This document shows, piece by piece, positions 57,187 through 64,000 of a stretch of DNA of 64,000 nucleotides. Made by a program: the position numbers and the translations under genes. This DNA comes from Blastocatellia bacterium (GTDB lineage Bacteria > Acidobacteriota > Blastocatellia > Pyrinomonadales > Pyrinomonadaceae). A model generated the notes under the pieces. That model made no database searches, was not told the DNA's origin, and saw nothing but the letters and a program-made list of their open reading frames with translations. Within the stretch, counting starts at the first letter, position 1, and each line of letters opens with the position of its first letter. The stretch covers positions 171,488-235,487 of the forward strand of contig CAVXVF010000003.1 in the NCBI GenBank assembly GCA_963765045.1. Direction: 5' to 3'.

Positions 57187-59267
57187 CTATTTTTTAAGCT
57201 TTTTCTTCAATCGATCGATATCAGCTTCGTCCCAAGCAAGCTTCAGAGCTTTCTCCCAAGCTTGCCTTTGCTAGACCTGAGTTCTGTTTCTTAAAATAGA
57301 CGTCGCCGAGATGTTCTTGGATCGTCGAAGAATCCGCATCCAGCCGTGCCGCGTCTTTCAAAAACTTCTCCGCATCATCCAATTTGCCCAAGCTTGAAGA
57401 AGGCCCAGCCCAAACTGTCTAGATACGATGGATTTCTCGGATCGACCTTCAACGCCTGTTGTATGAGGTCAACGGCTTCCGGTATACGCTCATCGCGTTC
57501 AACCAGAAAATAGCCAAGATTGTTGAGAGCGATCGGATTGCCGGGAGTTTGTTTGAGGATCTCACGAAGCGTCGTCTCGGCTCCCTTAAAATCTCCGCCA
57601 AGTTGCTGTGCCGAGGCGAGCGTCAATTTCGCGATCTGCTTTCTTTCGCTGCCCAGAGCCGAAGCAAACGCATCGTTTGCAGAGTCAGCGGCCTCTTTTG
57701 CACGGTTTGCCTTGCTGTAAAGATTTGAGATAAATAGGTGATTTGAAAACGCGTCGTAAGGCGCGACTTGGACGGAAATAGTGCCGGGATTGGCGTCCGG
57801 TATAGAACCCGTGGCTGGCGTTTTACCGATCATGCCCGCTCTTATCAGAGCAACCGCTGAATCGACCTTGCCTGTTTCAGCCAGAAGCGTAGCCTCAAGC
57901 CGAATGAAGCTGTTATCCTTTGGCAATCTTTCGCGCACCGCACGTGTAGCAGCTAACGCTTCGATCTTGTTGCCGGTGCTACGGTAGAACGAGATCAACT
58001 GGCGATCAGCAAAAAGGTCTTCCTTTCCGAACAAAGTTCGTGCACGCTCGATTACAGCCCGAACATCGCTCGGCCGGTCAGAAAGTTTGTACGTCTGGAT
58101 CAATTTTTCAAAGACATATATAACAAATTCGCGATCTTCACCTGCTATTTGCTGATTTGCCGCTACTCCGCGGACCACTAGTGAGTTTTCAAAAGATTCG
58201 GCTGCCTCGTTATAACGGTCTTTTTCAATGTAAAGATCGCCGAGAGAAACGAGCAAAGCAGATGACGCGGGAGCATCGGTTTTGGCTGTTTTTTCAGCGC
58301 TTGTTTTGAGAAGCTTCACCGCATCATCGAAACGCCCGGTTCGGTTTTGCAAGCGTGCCAGCATATCGACCAGCGAAACGTTTGCGGGATTGGCATATAC
58401 AGCTTGCTGCAGCCCTTCTATCGCGGCCGCGGCCGCAGAAAGCTCTGAAGATTCGATCGCTTCGCCAAGCAGGCTAACGGCTTCCGCGTTGTTCGCGTCG
58501 TCAACAATGACAGAGCTTAGCGTTTCGACAGCCTCTCTGTTACGCCCGGCTTTCATTAATGCCGCTCCGAGTTTTACCGTCGCGCTTTCAGGGCTCAAAC
58601 TCGCGTCCTGCCCCATGACACGACCGTAAAATTGAACATCGAGCGGAGATGCGGAGGCGATCCAGTTTCTCAGCATCTCTATTTGCTCTGATGCCTGATT
58701 TTTGCCGGATGTGAACGCGCTAAGAAACGCCCAACCTTCCGCGTTTCTTGGGTCAAGCCGCGTTACTTGCTTCCATTCTTCGACGGCCTTAGCCGCAAAC
58801 ACCGGATCGACAGGCCCATTGTTTAACTTGCTCTTAACGGTGTAAAGACGAGCAAGCATTCGGTGGCCGCCAAAATTGTCGGGTTCGATCTTCGTCGCCG
58901 TCGTAGCGAGGCGGATCGATTCTTCAATGTCTATCGGGGCCACGCCAACCGCCAGTTCGGCCAACGCCGTATAACCTTCGGCAAGCGATGAATCTAAATC
59001 GACGGCTTTCTGAAACGCGACCTTCGCCAGTTTCATTGAGTTGGACTTCCCGGCCTGCGTCTGCATCCGGCCGGAATTCCAAACATATCTCTGCCCTTCC
59101 AGGAGTTTTGCATAAGCCTGTTCGCGACGAACGCGAGGATCGCTTGACAGAGTGGATGTAATGGTAACAATTGGAGGCGTTGGAGTTGCAGACGGCCTCG
59201 GCTGCGCGTAGTATGTCTGCCCCGTCATCAATATTGCAGCCACATATATCGAAATATTTAATTTCAT
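57187..59267 (-). pseudogene. Secreted multi-TPR protein; 3' end disrupted by two 1-nt frameshifts (~57376-57389 and ~57261-57271)
   Basis: The track ORF stops at 57375 (..DSLGWAFFKLGQIG*). The TPR repeat continues in other frames: LDDAEKFLKDAARLDADSSTIQEHLGDVYFKKQN, then QAWEKALKLAWDEADIDRLKKKLKK* (stop at 57187-57189). Confidence 0.7.
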
Positions 59268-59348
59268 AAAATCAGTCACGCCGTCAGCCATTTGACAAAA
59301 AAAGCGGTCGCAAAGAACCGCTTTTCGAGCAATTCTATTGGAAGGTTA

Positions 59349-60878
59349 TCATTTTTTTTCAGGAATCTGAGGCTGCGCCTGTTTCTGCGGTTGTGTTACC
59401 GCCTGTTTCTGAGAAATAACGGTCGTCAGGGCCTGCGGAATCTGATTTGTGAGGATATCACCTTGATTCTCGATGATCTGATCGATCATTTCGAATTTTT
59501 CCTTATCAAAATCGTTGGTCATCAACACTCCGTTTTTATCAATCGTCATCGGATAAATACCGAACAGTTGATTTTTGAAATTCTGAAAGAACGACACCGT
59601 CTCCGGCGGCAAAACCTTTAATCTTTCAGGATTCGGTTCCGGAATGGTGGCACCGATCAACGCAAGCTGCTCTTTAGATTTTTCGACCCAGTCGCTGTTC
59701 GGAAAATCACGAACTATACGCTGAAAATACCTGGCGGCCTGATCGGTTTCTTCCTCGACAAGGTAGGTGTTGGCCAATTTGAAAAGCGTCTCGTCCTGAA
59801 AGCTAAAGTTAGGATACTTATCCAGAATCTCCCTGTAACGCGACTGAGCCCCCTTCAACCCGCCTTTGCTCTGCTGAACGGATTGGGTGTAGTAATAATT
59901 CGCGATAAGCAAATTGTGCAGTCCCAAATTGTCCTGAACTTGTGCCAACCGCGTTTCGGCCTCAGGCCTGAGGATCGAGTTCGGATGCTGCTGCAAAAGG
60001 GCCTTGAGCCGCGTTTCGGCGCGTTTTGCCCGGGTTGCATCGCGATCTGGAAGCCCGATCTGACGCATTTCCGACTCGGCGATTTTCAGGATCACGCGAT
60101 CCGCAAGAGCATGTGTCGGGAAAAAGGTCAGCCAGTCCTGATACGAAGCGATCGCCTGGATCAGAGCACTCGTCGAGCCCTCAAGAAAGAAAGAATCGGC
60201 GACCGCAAGCTTAGACATCGGCAAATATGGCGAATCCGGATAAGTGGTAATGATTGTTTGAAAAAGCAATCTGCCAACGTCAAAGTTCTTTTTACGAACC
60301 TCGCGGGTCGCAACGATGAAAAGTTCGCGATCGCGTCCGGGAGTCACTCCGCCGATCAATTCTTCGTACTCGTCAGTTCCGCCACCGCCAAAAATACCAA
60401 GAAACTTCTTCTTTTTCTTGATTTCACGGGCTGTTCCGACTTTTGACTCGGGGTTGGCTCTCGCCGCCGCAGTTTCTACGAGAACTGCTTCCGCTCGCGT
60501 TTGAAGGTCCGCTACCGATGCTTCCAGTTGGTCGATCTCGCTTGCTTCATACTTCTCCGAGCGGTCCAGTTTTCCGCGAAGGCTGTTGACGTCAGATTGC
60601 AGTCCCGAAGCTTCTTTCTCGATCGAGCGGAGCCGGGCGATCGGCGTATCTATTTTGGTCTTATCTTCCTTGGAAGCTTTGTCGTCTTTCGCTTCTTGCT
60701 TTAATACGGAAGCCGAGCTGGCTGCGGACCGTCGGATGGTCTCAAGCTTTTGCCTCATTACTTCGAGCCGTTGAGACGGCGAACCGTCACCGGGCTTTGC
60801 CTGTCCAAAAGCTCCTGCTGTGAAGCAAAACGCCGCCAAAATTAGTGAAATAAGAGTCCTGTTATTTCTAAAATGCAT
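59349..60878 (-). CDS. bamD: BamD-like outer membrane protein assembly factor with N-terminal coiled-coil extension
   Basis: Signal peptide. TPR-like BamD core: TYPDSPYLPMSKLAVADSFF, YQDWLTFFPTH, LLQQHPNS, ILDKYPNFSF, IVRDFPNSDW. Confidence 0.7.
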   Translation of the reverse strand: MHFRNNRTLISLILAAFCFTAGAFGQAKPGDGSPSQRLEVMRQKLETIRRSAASSASVLKQEAKDDKASKEDKTKIDTPIARLRSIEKEASGLQSDVNSLRGKLDRSEKYEASEIDQLEASVADLQTRAEAVLVETAAARANPESKVGTAREIKKKKKFLGIFGGGGTDEYEELIGGVTPGRDRELFIVATREVRKKNFDVGRLLFQTIITTYPDSPYLPMSKLAVADSFFLEGSTSALIQAIASYQDWLTFFPTHALADRVILKIAESEMRQIGLPDRDATRAKRAETRLKALLQQHPNSILRPEAETRLAQVQDNLGLHNLLIANYYYTQSVQQSKGGLKGAQSRYREILDKYPNFSFQDETLFKLANTYLVEEETDQAARYFQRIVRDFPNSDWVEKSKEQLALIGATIPEPNPERLKVLPPETVSFFQNFKNQLFGIYPMTIDKNGVLMTNDFDKEKFEMIDQIIENQGDILTNQIPQALTTVISQKQAVTQPQKQAQPQIPEKK

Positions 60879-60890
60879 AAAAAACCTCAA

Positions 60891-61554
60891 TCAAACCCAG
60901 ACCGTCCCTTTTTCGATAAGCTCTTTGACCGATTCTGTCGCTGTTCCTTTTCCATAGACCGCAGAACCGGCAACCGCGATCTCAACACCGGCTTCGATCA
61001 CTTCGAGAATGTTCTCCCCATCGATTCCACCGTCAATCTCAATTCTTGTAGCAAGCCCGCGATCGTCGATCATCCTTCTCAACCGCCGGACTTTATCCAG
61101 CGATGTAGGAATAAACGCCTGACCGCCAAAGCCCGGATTGACCGACATTATCAAAACAAAATCCGCGTACGGCAATGCTTCTTCAAGCGAACCAAGCGGC
61201 GTCGCCGGGTTGATAGCAATGCCGGCCTTGGCTCCCGCGTCTCGAATCGCGGAGAGCGTTCTGTGCAAATGAGCATCAGCTTCGACATGGACTGAAACCA
61301 TGTCTGCTCCCGCTTTTACAAATTCCGACTGCGTATTGGCCGGGATTGGCGATCATTAAGTGACAATCGATCGTCAATCTTGTCGCTTTTCTTAACGATT
61401 TGACCACCGGCAGACCGATCGTGATATTCGGAACGAAGTGGCCGTCCATCACGTCAACGTGCAGGATCGTCGCTCCGCCAAGCTCTACCGCCTTAATCTC
61501 CTCGGCTAATCGGGCAAAATCCGCCGACAGGATCGAAGGTGCAATTTCAAACAT
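60891..61554 (-). pseudogene. rpe: Ribulose-phosphate 3-epimerase with a single extra G (~61325)
   Basis: [44 protein letters not shown], then (shift) [36 protein letters not shown]. On the minus strand gtcggaattt should read gtc gaa ttt. This is very likely a sequencing indel. Confidence 0.85.
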
Positions 61555-61609
61555 TCGCTGATTTTCTTTCACTTTGTTGCAAATAAAGCTTAATCGGTTG
61601 TACAACAGC

Positions 61610-62296
61610 TCACGGTTTTGGCTGTGTTCGCGGCCTTGTTTCGCCTGCCGGTTTCTTAGGCGGATTTACGGACGGCTTTGCTGGCGTTCCGGTCGAAGAG
61701 TTCTTATTTCCTTTATCGCCCGGATTCGTTACGGTTGTCGGGTCCTTTTTATTCGTGTTGTCGGACTTCCCTTTATCATCGGAGTTCGAATTGGAATTCG
61801 AATTGTTCGCTATCACATCTCGCGTCGTGTCGGCTTTTTTCTTTGCGTTGCTGTTCGAATTCGACTTAGCCTTTTTCGGCTTGTCCGAGATCATATCCTC
61901 TATTTTCTTGGTGTCGTCCGATTCTATATCCTTGATCAGCGATTTCGGCGTATCTTCTCCTTCAACACCTGCTTTGCTCACTACGACAAAGATCAACTGT
62001 CCGGTCTTAACAGTTTCGCCGGCCTTTGGGAGCTGTTCGAGCACGGTATTCATCTTCTCCGTGCTTGCACGGTCCGCTCTACGCTTGATCTTCAGGCCGA
62101 GGCTTGCAAGCTCTTTCTCGCTGTCAATAAAGTCCTTGCCCGTAATCTCCGGAACAGTGATCTCTCTTCCAGACAGGGACATGTACACGACGCCGGCCAT
62201 GCCGACGAGAAAAGCCAAAAGAAGACCTCCGACAACGGCCAGTTTCCCTATTGCTGAAATGCCTGTTTTTATTATTCCCACAGCAGATGGCTCCAA
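61610..62296 (-). CDS. PASTA domain-containing membrane protein with Lys/Asn/Ser-rich tail
   Basis: TM anchor, then a PASTA-like [24 protein letters not shown]...[15 protein letters not shown], then low complexity (NSNSNSNSD). Confidence 0.65.
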   Translation of the reverse strand: MEPSAVGIIKTGISAIGKLAVVGGLLLAFLVGMAGVVYMSLSGREITVPEITGKDFIDSEKELASLGLKIKRRADRASTEKMNTVLEQLPKAGETVKTGQLIFVVVSKAGVEGEDTPKSLIKDIESDDTKKIEDMISDKPKKAKSNSNSNAKKKADTTRDVIANNSNSNSNSDDKGKSDNTNKKDPTTVTNPGDKGNKNSSTGTPAKPSVNPPKKPAGETRPRTQPKP

Positions 62297-62339
62297 AAAA
62301 CTAACCGAAAGTTTAACATTATTTTTCTATCCGACAAAC

Positions 62340-63635
62340 CTACGCAGGCCTTATCTTTTCGAATGATGCGATGAAAAAGCCATCCATATTGTCCCGATAA
62401 GGCAGCGTGCGAGCAAACCCGTCAGCGTCGAGAAAGCGGCCGGGAACTTTCGGCTTTGCCTTTATAAACTCTGGCGACTTTGCCAGAAATTCATCACATA
62501 CGTGCTCATTCTCCTCGCTTTCGAGTGAGCAGGTCGAATAGATCAGATTCCCGCCGGTTCGCAACAGCTTGGATGCATTTTCAAGAAGGCTGAGTTGTTT
62601 CTTTGCCAATTCTGCAAAATCGGTTTGTTCGAGCGAGTATCTAATCTCTGGGTTATGCCGGATCGTCCCCGTACCCGAACACGGAGCGTCGATCAAAATC
62701 GTATCGAAACTTTCGTCCGCAAATGGAACGGATGACTCAGCGTCATATTGCAAAATGTTCACATTCCTGAGCCTCTGATTTTTACAATTTTCACGCAAAA
62801 ATCCAACTCGGCGTGCGTGTAGATCACCCGCAACCAATATTCGAGAAGTAGTTGCCGAGCATTCCGCAATCTGTGTGAATTTACTCCCCGGAGCGGCGCA
62901 CAGATCGAGAAACGCTGCATTCTGTTTTAACTCAACCGCGGCTGCAACCATCTGCGAACCTTGATCCTGAAAATAGATCTCATTTGCTTCCGCAGCAGCC
63001 AGCAACTCAGCAGTGCCGCCACGTGAAATAAAACAGCCTTCGACATATTCTGAAGCAACGGCGTCTTCGAAACGTTTTGACTTACTTGATTCCGATGTCA
63101 GCCGGAACGCGTTTGCGGGAATTTCGTTGTTTGCGGTTGCGAGTTTTTCCGTTTCCGCGACGCCATACCGGCTTATCCATCTTTCTATAAGCCATCGCGG
63201 GTGCGACGTTTCAACTGAGATCCGATCTATTTCATCAACAAAATCAGGAACGTAGGTTTCCCTGGTCGCTCGTCGCAGCACGGCATTGACCAAGCCTTTT
63301 GCCGAAGTCTTTTTCGCATACTGCGCCAGATTTACGCTTTCGTTAACGGCTGAGTAATCGGGCACTTTCGAAAGGAAAAGTAGTTGGTAAATGCCGAGAC
63401 GAAGAGTAATTCTTATGGACGAGTCGATACGTTTTTCGCCGACAAAATGATCGATGATTCGATCAATGAGAATCTGCTTTCTTAAAACGCCGAGGGTGAG
63501 ATTATGGCAAAGCGAACGGTCGTTATCGGACAGATTTTTCTCATAAAGCGGCAGTAGCTCAGAAGAAAACGCTTGTTCGTTTTCGATCTTCGACAAGATC
63601 TCAAATGCCGCGATTCTTGCCGGTGATATTTTCAT
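62340..63635 (-). CDS. rsmB: 16S rRNA (cytosine967-C5)-methyltransferase
   Basis: NusB-like N-terminal domain. SAM motif DLCAAPGSK, DAPCSGTGT and YSTCS catalytic Cys motifs. Confidence 0.9.
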   Translation of the reverse strand: MKISPARIAAFEILSKIENEQAFSSELLPLYEKNLSDNDRSLCHNLTLGVLRKQILIDRIIDHFVGEKRIDSSIRITLRLGIYQLLFLSKVPDYSAVNESVNLAQYAKKTSAKGLVNAVLRRATRETYVPDFVDEIDRISVETSHPRWLIERWISRYGVAETEKLATANNEIPANAFRLTSESSKSKRFEDAVASEYVEGCFISRGGTAELLAAAEANEIYFQDQGSQMVAAAVELKQNAAFLDLCAAPGSKFTQIAECSATTSRILVAGDLHARRVGFLRENCKNQRLRNVNILQYDAESSVPFADESFDTILIDAPCSGTGTIRHNPEIRYSLEQTDFAELAKKQLSLLENASKLLRTGGNLIYSTCSLESEENEHVCDEFLAKSPEFIKAKPKVPGRFLDADGFARTLPYRDNMDGFFIASFEKIRPA

Positions 63636-63650
63636 TTATTGCGGTAATTG

Positions 63651-64000
63651 CTAACGTTTTTTGTTCTTGTGCCGCTGAGAATAATCCGGGCCGGTTCCCT
63701 GATCGAGTTGGTGGGTGAGAGTGCGGCGTTCGTCAAAAACGAAACACTCGCCTTCCCAGAGCTGTTCCTCTTTCGGGACGTCCTCAAGGTATTTCAAAAT
63801 ACCGCCCTGAAGCTGAAAAACTTCTGCAAAGCCAAGGCTTTTCATATATGGAGCAAACTTTTCACAGCGAATTCCGCCGGTGCAGTACATCGCGATCTTG
63901 GTGTGCGTCTTCGGATCGAGTTTTTCCGCGACAAAATCCGGCAGCTCGCTAAATTTGGTTGTCTCCGGATTTACCGCCGACTTAAAGCTGCCATTTTTGT
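63651..64000 (-). CDS. trhO: Rhodanese-domain protein TrhO/YceA (UPF0176), 5' end outside window
   Basis: The open frame continues to the window edge: ..[68 protein letters not shown]. Confidence 0.8.
   Translation of the reverse strand, partial: KNGSFKSAVNPETTKFSELPDFVAEKLDPKTHTKIAMYCTGGIRCEKFAPYMKSLGFAEVFQLQGGILKYLEDVPKEEQLWEGECFVFDERRTLTHQLDQGTGPDYSQRHKNKKR

Noticed and set aside
10562-61554. Programmed ribosomal frameshifting as an explanation for the split genes
   Set aside because: The shift sites have no slippery heptamer plus structure. They occur in unrelated genes in both +1 and -1 senses, sometimes at homopolymers. Indel error or decay is the simpler explanation.

Overview
This is a chromosomal window of about 50% GC (judged by eye). 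It probably comes from an Acidobacteriota-like bacterium; that is inference only, based on an acidobacterial-type VWFA protein, a C25 peptidase, BamD and dispersed 'ctttgcgttctttgcgg' REP-like elements. The backbone is housekeeping: rplT, kbl-tdh, pheS/pheT-zapB-zapA, ilvA, gpx, mltG, ppiB-dtd, tRNA-Arg(CCG), acnA, ggt, mntH, fur, M48 peptidase, bamD, rpe, rsmB and trhO. The accessory content is as follows. (1) Three tightly packed, AT-richer small genes sit between pheS and pheT: a mini S24-like peptidase, a DUF104-like small protein, and an overlapping retropepsin-like aspartyl protease. (2) There is a BrnT/BrnA toxin-antitoxin pair. (3) A roughly 12 kb RHS/YD polymorphic-toxin island spans 36.3-48.6 kb. 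It holds a membrane-anchored FG-GAP/VCBS propeller gene, a full-length 1832-aa RHS protein, and two start-less orphan rhs 3' cassettes. Each of the three toxin tips is different and unassignable, and each is followed by its own putative immunity gene. The island also contains a tyrosine-recombinase remnant and is bracketed by 29-nt direct repeats. (4) A stand-alone 1167-aa BrxC/PglY-like P-loop ATPase has no BREX partner genes nearby. A rod-like candidate 6S RNA lies downstream of zapA. At least seven single-base frameshifts interrupt five otherwise conserved genes, including rpe. This argues for assembly indels rather than true decay, so the pseudogene calls are provisional. No CRISPR array, rRNA or intact transposase was seen.
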